Of a DNA stretch of 64,000 nt, positions 40,311 to 52,150 are shown piece after piece. The translations under genes were made by a program, and so were the position numbers. Source of the stretch: Octopus vulgaris (taxonomy: Eukaryota); NCBI GenBank assembly GCA_951406725.2, contig OX597822.1, positions 62,124,001-62,188,000 of the forward strand. Direction: 5' to 3'. The first letter of the stretch is position 1, and each line of letters begins with the position of its first letter. Under the pieces are notes generated by a model. That model had not been told where the DNA came from. It saw only the letters and a list, made by a program, of their open reading frames with translations, and made no database searches.

Positions 40311-40375
<65 letters not shown>

Positions 40376-40802
40376 TCTAAAATTTTGGCACAAGTCCAGC
40401 AAGTTCGGGAGATGGATCATATCGACCGCAGTGTTCCACTGGTACATATTTTATCGACCCAGGAAAGATGAAAAGATAGTTGACCTCGGCGGAGTTCAAC
40501 TATGCCTTTCATCCACTTGAGATCGATAAAATTAACAACAGCAACGAGAACAACAACAACAATAATGATTTGAAAATGAAAATAAAAAACTAAAGAAGGA
40601 AAACCAAGACATTTTGGATTGAAATTGGTGTCCTGCATGTAGAGTTAATGTAGTAAAAATTTATGTAAAATTTTGATAAATTTAGAAAATGGCAGAGTTA
40701 GATGAATAAGTTAGATAGTTATATGTAAGTACGTAGATACAAATAGATACCTATAAACATGTAGATACATATACAAATACATATATATATATATATAAAT
40801 AA

Positions 40803-40883
<81 letters not shown>

Positions 40884-41466
40884 TATATAAATTGAAATAG
40901 AATATTCTTTCTATGTTTTAGAGAACAAGAAAAGGTAGTTGAGTGCAATACGTTCTGATATGCTTTGAGAGTAAACACATGATTCTGCTCTGAGGGCATC
41001 ATTGACGGATCATTAAGAACTATTTGAATAACAATAACAATAATTATGTTAATGCTTTCGCTTGAATTATGCAAATTATCTGAGGCTATAAATGAGTTTT
41101 TTGTATATATCTACAGCTTTATTCTAACCGGATTCAAAGTAGGGCAATTGCTTAGGTATTGACACCTACTGAGGGAAAAATACAGGTAAACAACTTTCTT
41201 GTTGTTTTCCCCCCAAATATTATTCATTTTCGTTAATGACATGTTTATTCTGGAAAACTCTTCAATACCTGAGACTATTCTTCGTTGACACGCACACACA
41301 CACACGTATATATATATATATATATATATTATTATTATTATTATTACGGAGATGTACTTGCATAGCAGGTGCTTTGATCTAAGATCGTGTGCTGAAACGA
41401 AAACAATTGCAAGCCATTTAAGAAACACACAAAAGCCGTTCGATTCACTTCAACATTTAAGTTTAA

Positions 41467-41517
41467 TTTATCAAAATATTTTCGTCGCTTTAAGACCGCG
41501 ACCTGTTCACTGACAAA
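41467..41517 (-). ncRNA. Hammerhead-like motif with G3-C8 core (minus-strand copy)
   Basis: TTTGTCA-GTGAACA-G-GTCGC-GGTCTTAAA-GCGAC-GAAA-ATAT-TT-TGATAAA. Confidence 0.6.
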
Positions 41518-41545
41518 AAAATATTTCTCAGATGCAGCACGGATT

Positions 41546-41596
41546 TTTGTCAGTGAACAGGTCGCGGACTTAAAGCGACGAAAATATTTTGACAAA
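41546..41596 (+). ncRNA. Hammerhead-like motif with G3-C8 core
   Basis: Stem I TTTGTCA/TGACAAA (7 bp), core GTGAACA, stem II GTCGC/GCGAC, GAAA, palindromic AATATT in place of stem III. Confidence 0.65.
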
Positions 41597-41677
41597 TTAA
41601 ACTTAAATGTTGAAGTGAATCGAACGGCTTTTGTGTGTTTCTTAAATGGCTTACAAACACCTTGCGCGCTGCAATTG

Positions 41678-41713
<36 letters not shown>

Positions 41714-41852
41714 TGTTCAATCCATGAGACTATCCTTCATTCACACGTACACCCACACGTATATGCACACACACACATATATATATATATACATACAAGA
41801 AAACCGAACGAAAACAAACATATATATGTCTACACATATACATATATACATA

Positions 41853-41922
<70 letters not shown>

Positions 41923-41926
<4 letters not shown>

Positions 41927-42201
41927 GTTAGGGCAGCGGACTCGCGGTCGCAGGATCGCAGTTTCGATTTCCAGAACGGGCGTTGTGAGTGTTTATTGAG
42001 CGAAAACACCTAAAAGCTCCGGCAGGAGGTGGTGATCCCTGCTGTACTCTTTCACCACTCTTTCTCCCACTCATTCTTCAGTTGGCCTGCTCGCTTAGCC
42101 AGCGGGGTGGCGTCATTCGAAGGCTAAAACAATGCGTACGCATTGTGACCAGCGATGTGTAACTACATCTGATGGACTGGTCGGTCACGTGATCACGTGA
42201 T
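41923..42201 (+). mobile_element. SINE family C, tail type 3
   Basis: Family C head and body, then an unrelated tail ending (CACGTGAT)2; embedded in (TA)n. Confidence 0.85.
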
Positions 42202-42217
42202 ATATATATTTATATAT

Positions 42218-42863
42218 AAACTTACTTGGAGGAAAGAAACGAAACGACGCGAGGGCGCTCAGTCATATAATAACAATTTAATAAATAAAATATATGCATA
42301 CATACATACATATATGTATGTACCTACATCTATATGTATATATACATGCATATATATATATATATGAGTACAGGCCACCACAAATAAACGTAGAACACAA
42401 CGAGAAACGAAAACATGAAAACAAACTAGGAAACGGACTTTTTTTAACAACGAAAAAACAGAGTAAAAGACAAACAATATAAGGAATATTCCTCTTCATC
42501 AGCTGTCCCTGGTTCGACTCAATGCGTGTTTCGAAGGTAAGGACAGAACACGATCCGGTCGAAGCAGTTCTTTCTGCAAAATGAATTAAATAAAATACTT
42601 TTGCAGAGGGGTAAAACAAGGAAAGAAAAAAAGTGACAAGAACAGGATGTAAAAGCAATACAAATAAAAATACAGTACACATAAAGAATAAAAACAGGAC
42701 AATGAAACCAACATTGAGGGCTTTCTTTAGGCCTAGACGATGGAAAAATTTGGAGTGCAATTTAGAATCGACTTTCTAGAGACAGAAAAAGTCGGTGTTG
42801 ACTTGTAGAAAGCTACGAGCAAAAGAAAGCTAGTAGTCCATTCAGAAGTGAGAGAGATGAGGA

Positions 42864-42911
<48 letters not shown>

Positions 42912-43139
42912 GGAAACCAGAAAGGGCGAAAAATGAGAAGGAGAGAGACAGGCAGAGAGGAAAACAGACAGGAAGTAAGGAAGGTCAAGTAAAGGGTTAG
43001 AGAGTTCGCGTCATAATTAATATATAAAAAACTTACTTGGAGGAAAGAAACGAAACGACGCGAGGGCGCTCAGTCATATAATAACAATTTAATAAATAAA
43101 ATATATGCATACATACATACATATATGTACGTACCTACA

Positions 43140-43145
<6 letters not shown>
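42218..43145 (-). mobile_element. Element bounded by ~120-bp direct repeats (Penelope-like remnant?)
   Basis: 42218-42335 repeated at 43029-43145; contains the CTGAGCG motif shared with the hammerhead-bearing inserts; flanked by (TA)n. Confidence 0.5.
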
Positions 43146-43220
<75 letters not shown>

Positions 43221-43228
43221 GGAAACGT

Positions 43229-43567
43229 ACAGGACAAGCTATTACTTCTAGTAAAGTAAAGAATAAGAAACATTTTTACTTAAAATATTGCAGTAAAGAA
43301 TGTCAGTTCTTCTAATTTATCACTCTTTACAGTTATCATCTTTTACATTTATTGTACAAAACTGTTCAGGTAATGAGTAAGTTTGTCTAATTAGTAATTT
43401 TTTTCTGTATTTAAGGTAGTAAATTAGCCAGATTCTACTTAAATAAGTATAGTGTTATTTGTAAACTATAATAAAATAATTTTTAATATTCAAATTTTAA
43501 TTTTAGCTGCAATATTTTAACTAAAATGTTTCTTATTCTTTACTTTACTAGAAGTAATATCTTGTCG
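43229..43567. mobile_element. MITE-like inverted repeat (~65-bp arms), related to sequence at ~20730-20840
   Basis: GACAAGCTATTACTTCTAGTAAAGTAAAGAATAAGAAACATTTT and its reverse complement. Confidence 0.65.
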
Positions 43568-44121
43568 TATACTTTTACAGGTGTAATAACTTGTCCTGTA
43601 CTTTTCCAGGTTTATGATCTTAAGAATATGACTTTTCATGCTCGCATTTTTCCATGTGATCTATGCATTTTCCAGGCATTGCTGTTATCAGATAATTAAT
43701 AATGTGTCAATTAATAATTTAAGATTTTACCTTATAAAATACTGAGATAATATTTTAATTTGCAAGCCGGTTAAACAGTGATGAGGGTAGCAGACATTTT
43801 TTTAATGTATATATATATATATATATATATATGGTGCGTAAGATATTTGAGGACAGATTTATGATTATAAAATCAGATATATAATAACAGGTAATAATGC
43901 TTATTCTAGTAAACCGTTCAATCCATGAGACTATCCTTCGTTCACACGTACACCCACACGTATATGCACACACACACACACACACACACACGCATATATA
44001 TATATATATATATATACATACAAGAAAACCGAACGAAAACAAATATATGTCTACACATATACATACATAAATGCATACATGCATACATACATACATACAT
44101 ACATACATACATACATACATA

Positions 44122-45559
44122 CGAGAGTAAGTCAAAAACTATCCACACTTTCACCATAACATATCTTTATTATTATCACACTGCCTTCTACGCGTGTGTT
44201 TACTACTGGTATTGTTGTGGTCTTATTTTCGAAGTTTGAGCCAGATCGCGCCATTTTTCTTTATGTCTTTACAGTGTAAGCATGACCGCTCCACTAGCAA
44301 TATGCACGAAAGAAGAACAAAGAGAAGTAATCCGATTTCTCTGGTACGAAGGTGTATCAGGTGCTGAAATTTATCGGAGGCTTTCAGTTCCATTGGTTAA
44401 TGGTTTTAATAGTCTGGGTGGCCGTGTGTGGGCATGCATTGTCACGCAACAACAAAACTTTCTTCGACAAGCACTGTATCTTGCACTGTTGATCGTGAAC
44501 CACTTTTCCAGTATAGGCCTTTTTGAGTCCCCCAAAAAAGTTAGCATCACTTTTTCCCGCGGAAGACTGAGTCTTGAATTTCTTCGTCGCTGACGAACTA
44601 GGATGTTTCCACTCCATGCTCTGCTTTTTGGATTCTGCCTCACAATAATGGACCCACATTGATTCTCCTATGATTATTCTGTTCAAAAATTCCTCTCCCT
44701 CATTGTTGTAGCGATCGAGTAGATGTTGGCGAACCTCAAGACGTTCGCGCTTGTGCTCTGCAATAAGCTCTCTTGGCACCCATCTTGCACGGTCTTTATG
44801 GAAGCCGAGTTCATTGTGGATGATTTGATAGGCAGAACCTAAGGCGACGAGCTGGCAGAAACGTTAGCACGCCGGGTGACGCGCTTAGTAGTATTTCGTC
44901 TGCCGTTACTTTCTGAGTTCAAATTCCGCCGAGGTCGACTTTGCCTTTCATCCTTTCGGGGTCGGTAAATTAAGTACCAGTTACGCACTGGGGTCAACGT
45001 AATCGACTTAATCCCTTTGTCTTTCCTTGTTTGTCCCATCTATGTTTTGCCCCTTGTGGGCAATAAAGAAATAAGAACCATGACTAATCTGAAGAGAACG
45101 AGTTACCTCATCGATGATAATTCGCCGGTTCACCAATACCATCTCTCGAGTTTGCTGAATCTTCTCGTCAGTGGTGGAAGTTGATGGATGTCCTTCTCCT
45201 GCTTCGTGCGTCACGTTTGTCCGGCCACTTTTAAACTCCTCGATCCACTCATATACACTTCTACGCGGTAGTGCACTGTCCCTATATTGTGCTAAAAGCC
45301 TCCGATGAATTTCAGTTCCCGACACACCTTCCGACCAGAGAATTCGTAGCACTGCACTTTGTTCTTCTTTGATGCACATTGCTAGTGGAGTGGTGATGCT
45401 TACACTGTAAAGTCATAAAGAAAAACACTGCGACCAGACTCAAACTTCGATCACGTGACCACAATAGTACCAACTATATTTACGCATGCGCAGAAGGCTA
45501 TGTGACAATAATATAGATATGTTATGACGAAAGTGCGGATAGTTTTTGACTTCTCCTCA
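44122..45559. mobile_element. Rearranged mariner element with two 5' ends
   Basis: TIRs with TA flanks; N-terminal transposase coding on + (44282) and on - (45379); WVPREL and DNACPH motifs on -. Confidence 0.88.
44839..45072 (+). mobile_element. SINE family B nested in mariner
   Basis: TSD AGAACC; removing it restores transposase ISHGSAYQ. Confidence 0.92.
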
Positions 45560-45577
45560 TATATATTCATTTATTCA

Positions 45578-45975
45578 TTTACTTGTTTCAGTCATTTGAC
45601 TGCGGCCATGTTGGAGCACCGCCTTTTGTCGAACAAATCGAACCCAGGACTTATTCTTTGTAAGCCGAGTACTTATCCAATCGTTCTCTTTTGCCGAACC
45701 GCTAAGTTACAGGGAGGAAAGTACACCGACATCGGTTGTCAAGCGATGGTGGTGGTGGGGATAAGCACAGAAATACACACGCGCGCGCACACACACGCAC
45801 ACACACACACATATATATATATACGACGTGCTTCTTTCAGTTTCTGTCGACCAAATCCACTCACAAAGCTTTGGTCGGCCCGAGGGTATAGTATAAGACA
45901 CTTGCCCAAGGTGTCACGCACTGGGAATGAACCCGGAACCATGTGGTTGGGAAGCAAGCTACTTACCTCACAGTC
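45578..45975 (-). mobile_element. SINE family A
   Basis: Family A homology. Confidence 0.88.
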
Positions 45976-46002
45976 AAACACACACACGCACACACACACA
46001 TA

Positions 46003-46035
<33 letters not shown>

Positions 46036-46934
46036 GTATCAGAGTGTGTGTGTTAGCAAATAATAGACTATTTTATAGTTTCACTGCGTATAAAACAATT
46101 TCAAAATGCAAGGAATAAAAGCGAATAGTTTGCCGATGTATAGTATAAAAATTTGAGAACTGTGGGAAGGTATGGTGCTGGTGGTGGTGAAGAGGGAGTA
46201 ATAAAGGCTGCAAATAAATTTGTTTATTATCTAAAAGAGTGAAAGACAGATGGGTCAAATGAAATGGAAAATTTTGATGGAGAAGGCAGGGAAGTAATTA
46301 CAGGACTTAAAAATTAATTATAACGATTTATAACGAAAAAATCAAAAGAAATAAATTAATCATACTTGAATGATAGAGAAGAATTATTACATGTTATTTA
46401 TGCCTTTATTCTAAGGGAATTAAGTACGTTTATTTATGTAGCGTATTGGTTGTTCACAATAATTATTTGACCAGAAAATAAATATTTAAGGTTACATAAA
46501 TTCAATAGTTTTTGATCAGTGGAGTTAGAAGTTTAATTATAATTTTTTGAGCGGTTTTATTATAAAATATTATAATATAAATTTCCTGTTTGCATTCAAT
46601 CGAATGTAAACCAAATTTTTAAAAAAGGATAATAATAACATAAAACGAATAATTCACAAAAATATATGCCATGGACATTGTTTTATAGCTTTGTGTTTTT
46701 AGGCATCAGGATTATAAATGTGTTTGATAAAGTTGACATAAAGTTGTTTGTCAGTGGAGTGTAAAAATGTAATAATATGAAGTTATTAAGGTGTATCTAT
46801 CAAAAATGATGATCTTGTGTATCTATTGCAGAAGACCCATGCAAACTGTTTTCAAAATGAAAGCGGGAAGAAAACAAGGTAAAACACCTTTCGTTACACT
46901 AAACATTTTGTACTGGCATCTTTCATTTTTTTAA

Positions 46935-47362
46935 TCTTTTGCTTGTTTCAGTCATTGGATTGCAGCCATGCTGGAGCACCGCATTGAAGGGTTTCGTCGA
47001 TTAAATTGACCCCATTATTTATTATTTTTAGATCTAGTACTTATTCTATCCGTCTTTTTTTTTTTGCTGAACCACTAAGGTACGGGTATGTAAACAAAGC
47101 AGCACCGGCTGTTAAGCGATGGAGAAAGGATCAGGAGGGAGAGGACAAACGCATACATTAAGACACACACACATATACAGCAACACACACACACTCATAC
47201 ACATTACTCACACAAATATATATTCGACGGGCTTTCTCAGTTTCCATTTACCAAATTCTTTCACAAGGCTTTAGGCGGCCAGGGGCTATAGTAGAAATAG
47301 AAGACATTTGATCAAGATGTTGCGTAGTAGAATTGAAACAGAAACCACGTGGCTGCAAAGCG
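46935..47362 (-). mobile_element. Diverged SINE family A
   Basis: Family A homology. Confidence 0.75.
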
Positions 47363-47934
47363 GTATGTAAATTGTAAATATTTGTACGTGTAAAATAGCA
47401 TTTACGATACAAATACAGTTAATACAGTTATTGTGCAAATTCTAGCTCAAAATTATAAAGAAAGTGAAAAAAATATTCTTTTAACGCTTTCATAATTCAG
47501 TTCCTATTTGTGTCATTATTTTGTACGGAAAAAGTTGTCTTCCCTTACTTCCACTTCCAATGTAAAAACAATTTGCTCGAGTGTTGTGCGATATACGGGA
47601 TGATATAGTTGCCAAAGAAAACACACATTCTGCACTTCATTTAGGGAAAAAATTACATTTGACTGATTACCACAACCTCAAGATCAGCAACTCGCTTTTT
47701 TCTATATCTTCTCTATTAATCCCAAAATTAGAACTGACAATTTACTACTCCACTTGATGCACCCACCTCGCCACATATTGGAATTCTACTGTTGGTTTCC
47801 TTCCAGAACCCATTACAAAAATTTTTTTCAAGTCTTTTTCCCTAGGTGTTTAACTATTTGGAACTCCATCCTAGTCAACATTTTCAGTCATGGCGTCTTC
47901 GACCTGTTAAAAATATCAATCATACATCCCTCAT

Positions 47935-48270
47935 GTGAAGGCGCATGGCTTAGTGGTTAGAGCGTCGAGCTTACGATCGTGAGGTTGTGAGTTCGATTTC
48001 CAGACCGGGCTGTGTGTTGTGTTCTTGAGCAAGACACTTTATTTCACGTTGCTCCAGTTAACTCAGCTGTAGAAATGAGTTGCGACATCACTGGTGCCAA
48101 GCTGTATCGGCCTTTTCCTTTTCCTTGGATAACATCAGTGGTGTGGAGAGGGGAGGCTGGTATGCATGGGAAAATGTTGGCCTTCCATAAACAACCTTGC
48201 CCAGACTTGTGCCTTGGAGGGTAACTTTCTAGGTGCAATCCCATGGTCACTCATGATCGAAGGGGGTCTC
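47935..48270 (+). mobile_element. tRNA-headed SINE, family E
   Basis: TGGCTTAGTGG A box, GAGTTCGATTTC B box, CORE-like CTTGAGCAAGACACTT; ACATCCC occurs on both sides; tail resembles ~4150-4250 in reverse. Confidence 0.8.
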
Positions 48271-49220
48271 AAACATCCCGTATATTACATGTCACTGGCT
48301 TAGAAAAAGCACAATGAATAAAGTAGTAGTAAATTTTCTGAACGTAGGAAAAAGATAGAATAGTCACGTCTAAAATGCCATGATTGATTAGGGCTAAACA
48401 ACAGCTAAACTCCTTCTCTTAAGTAAAGAGGGATACATTGTATATAAATGTCCTGTCATACAAAAATGGTTTAACGATTGGAACGCATTTGAAAAGGCTT
48501 GACGTCTAGAATGCATTTCCGCTTAATAAGGCAAGGACAGAATTGGGGTAAAAGCACAAAAACAGTGACAGGAAGAATGTCATTAAGATCTGCATGAACC
48601 GAATTGCTGATATTCTGTTTGAATAGACTTAACTCACCGGTGTGAAATAGTTTACAAGAGCTATTGGCAATGAGCCTCTTCTTCAAAGTAAACAATGAAA
48701 ATAGCGAAAGGCAAAAAAAAAAAAAAAAGCTGGCATGATATTCGTAGGTGAGGTTGCTTAAAAACTGTTATTGTTATTGATATTGATATTGGTAAGTCGA
48801 GCGACAGTATACAATCTCCTATAGTTCGTTCGTACGCTTCGTCATGTGCAATCTATGTGGATGTATGAGTTTGTATGTGTCCATTGGTTGTTGTATAGAC
48901 GAAGGGTAAAGAAGGTCGCTTTAAAATCAATCATAATGTCTCGGGTTCGATACCATCACATATCATCTTGTACAAGTGAATTTTGTCACAGACTCAGGTC
49001 AACGTAAATCTTGTGAATGGAATTGAGTTGACAGTAGCTGCACGAAAGCCCTTCCAAGGGATTGCAACAGTAATTCTTTGATCGAACCTTGTTACATACT
49101 GCATCACTCGGGTTCTTCTTGAGAATTACATTAAGGAAACACATGTCTACGAAAGTCAGTCACGCGCTTTATTCAATTAGAAGGTTGTTTATCTGATCGA
49201 GCTGTTGAATACTCATCTAC

Positions 49221-49352
49221 TTGCCAAGCACAAAATTCTGAGTTCAATTCCACTGCATTGCACTTTGGGCAAATGTCTTCTACTATAGCCTCAGACCGAC
49301 CAAAGCCTTGTGAGTGGATTTGGTAGCCCATGATGTGTGTGTGTATGTGTGC

Positions 49353-49423
<71 letters not shown>

Positions 49424-49750
49424 TGTATGTATGTATGTATGTATGTATGTATGTATGTATGTATGTATGTATGTATGTATGTATGTATGTATGTATGTAT
49501 GTATGAATGTATGTATGTGCATCTGTGCGCGCTCTGGTGTGTGTGTGCTTGTCACTCTAATCGCTTGACAACCTGTGTTGGTCTGTTTATGTCCCTGTAA
49601 ATTAGCGGTTCACTCAAAAGAGAACCGACAAAGTAAATACCAGATTTGAAAATATTAGGTACTAGGGTTGCTTTGTTCGAATAAACCCTTCAAGGCGGCG
49701 GCTCTCCAGCACGGATGCAGTCTAATGACTGAAACAAGTGAAAGTTAAAA
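49221..49750 (+). mobile_element. SINE family A with expanded internal (TA)n(TATG)n
   Basis: Family A homology. Confidence 0.8.
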
Positions 49751-50234
49751 GATATATTTGTCTAGTAGCATTTTTGTTGTTGTTGTTGTTGTTGTTCCAC
49801 ATTTTATTACTTTTGTTATTGATTAGCAACACATGAGATTTTATAGAGACAATATAGAAAAGGACTATATTATCCAAAGTATCGCTCTTGCCGTTTCAGG
49901 CTGTAAAAGTTTGGTCTTAGAAGGAATTCTATTGCTATTTCTAGGCGGTCTACCGATCGTATATCTCGTCTTACGTTGGTTTTTGGCATACAATAGCGTA
50001 TGAAGAGGAACATACCATACTATAGCTTCTTTCCAACTACATGGATAAAATTAAAACGTAACATTATTCGTTGCACTATATACACATACATATATACATA
50101 CATACATACATTTATGTATGTATGTATGTGTAGTTAATCCAAACATGAACAAAGAGAAAACACAACAACACGAAGACGTGGAACAAGTATAGTGTTATTG
50201 GATGCTCAGGAAAAGAAAGAAAGAAAGAAGGAGG

Positions 50235-50269
50235 ATTTAACGTTTCGAGTGGGGCTCTTCGTCAGAAAT
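50235..50269 (-). ncRNA. Minimal type I hammerhead motif (canonical core)
   Basis: ATTT-CTGACGA-A-GAGC-CCC-ACTC-GAAAC-GTT-AAAT inside a ~215-bp insert homologous to 54015-54220. Confidence 0.65.
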
Positions 50270-50679
50270 ATAGAAAAAAAGAAAAGTCCAAGGAAGGGAA
50301 GACAGAGAAAGAAAATCGTCAACGATACACACGCGGTGACATATTGAAATGCATGTATGTATGTATGTATGTATGTATGTATGTATGTATGTATGTATGT
50401 ATGTATGTATGTATGTATGCTTGCATGTATGAATATATAGTTCATAGATGAGATTAAGATATTCTCCGTATAGAATACACTTTGTAGTGTCCAAGAGATT
50501 TAAACTTGAGTGAGTATAGCAGTTAATGTCGGGATAAGCAAATTAGACAGATCGAAATATAAAGTATATTAAATACATAAAATGTAAAAAAATGTATATA
50601 TGTATATATATTAAAAGATCTGTCTTATTTGCTTATCTCTACATTTACTTCTATATATGGATATATATGTGTGTGCGTT

Positions 50680-50723
<44 letters not shown>

Positions 50724-50999
50724 GTGTGTGTGTGATGTAAATTACTGCTCCAAAGGGCTCAGAGTACAAATGTTAATTTGAATATAATAAATTGAAAAAC
50801 ACATCATGCTATATTCTTCTATTTTACTGGATTCCGTCACTCAATGGAGTCCAAATAATTGATGAGCAGCAGACTGCCGGTACCCACCTTTTAGAGTTTA
50901 GTCGATAATATCAACTCAAATACTTAATTTCGAATTGATTTTAATGGTTTCTAACTACTGAGTAGCTAAGTTTATAAGAGTCGCTGTTTTTTTAAGGAG

Positions 51000-52150
51000 A
51001 ACTTTTCCATATAACTGAAATCAAACATCTGAAATATATTGAAAGCGAAATAAATTTAACTGCGCACAAACCAGCAAACAAACAGTCTTCCCAGACATGG
51101 CAAGCTTCCAATGAAATTATTGACCGCAAAAATACAATTAAGTTGAAACTAAAAGCCACAAGTCTGCAGGAATTACGAAACTAATGGAAGGAATATTTCC
51201 AAAACCTCCTCTTTAATACTCCAGTATTTCAGAAAGACCTATAGAAACTGTTCTTAGACATGATCTAGATATCAAATTTTGTAATTTCACATTAGGTGAA
51301 CTAACTGGAGTGCCTAAAATGCCTAAACACAGGAAGCAGCTGTATTAGAAAATATATAACTAGATGATTGAAAAACAGGCATTTAATGATATTCTCTTTC
51401 AATGTTACAGTGCAGTTTATAATCAGAACCAAATTGAAATGCGAACTTAAGATTGTATTCTATTTCCCAAGAAAAGTAATTCAGACGAGGCTAAAATTAC
51501 TGAGTGATTAGTCTTAGAGTGTAATAGCAATAACTACTTATTGTTAAACCATAGACAGTCGGAGGTCGTAAAGTTGTTTCGAAGATAGCAAAGCAGGTTC
51601 AAGAAAAACTGGTTTGTGGAAAGATATTAATAGTCAAAAGGATCGCTATGAGAGCCAGGCCATCATATTGCTTGTAGACTTCTAAAAAACTTTCGACTCA
51701 GTCCATTGAGACAAAACGGAATATCTCCTTCTTACATGTGGTTCAGATCAAGAAGTAGGGGTAGCAATAATGATGTTCTGCACAAGAGCTAAAGTACGAT
51801 CATCTGATAAAGTACGATCATCTGATAAAGTACGATCATCTGATAAAGTACGATTATCTGGAGACATCGATTTCTTCAATATCTTGCAAAATGATACGCT
51901 TGTACAATTCTAGTTTACTTTCTGCCTAGACTATCATCTGCACTTCAACTGACAAAAAAAAAAAAAAAGAGCTCGGATTCACGCTCACAAAGTCCACTTT
52001 CGTTGGTCACACATCTCTAACAACCTAAAAACAACAGAAGCAGATAATGTTGATAATATCGATCTCTTCGTAGTTACCATCTCAGAAGCTACCATCCTTC
52101 TACATCACCTTGAAAAGGAGCAGAAGATATTACTCTTTATACCAGTGTCT
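51000..52150 (+). pseudogene. Decayed RTE-like LINE reverse transcriptase
   Basis: Remnants KLKATS...WKEYFQNLL, VDF*KTFDSVH, KVRSS-GDIDFF, DTLVQF*FTFCLDY, DNVDNI (YADD-like); tandem expansion of a 17-bp unit at ~51791-51860. Confidence 0.75.

Larger units (their letters stand above)
41411..41652. repeat. 109-bp-arm inverted repeat (probable inverted pseudo-LTR of a Penelope-like element)
   Basis: 41411-41519 vs 41544-41652 with 2 mismatches and a 24-nt spacer; insert lies between (TA)n tracts. Confidence 0.9.

Noticed and set aside
42485-42540. Complete type II hammerhead on the minus strand
   Set aside because: CUGAUGA and GAAAC are present but stem I cannot be formed in this copy
51791-51860. 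CRISPR-like short repeat array
   Set aside because: Head-to-tail 17-bp duplication without spacers inside a LINE RT remnant; eukaryotic context
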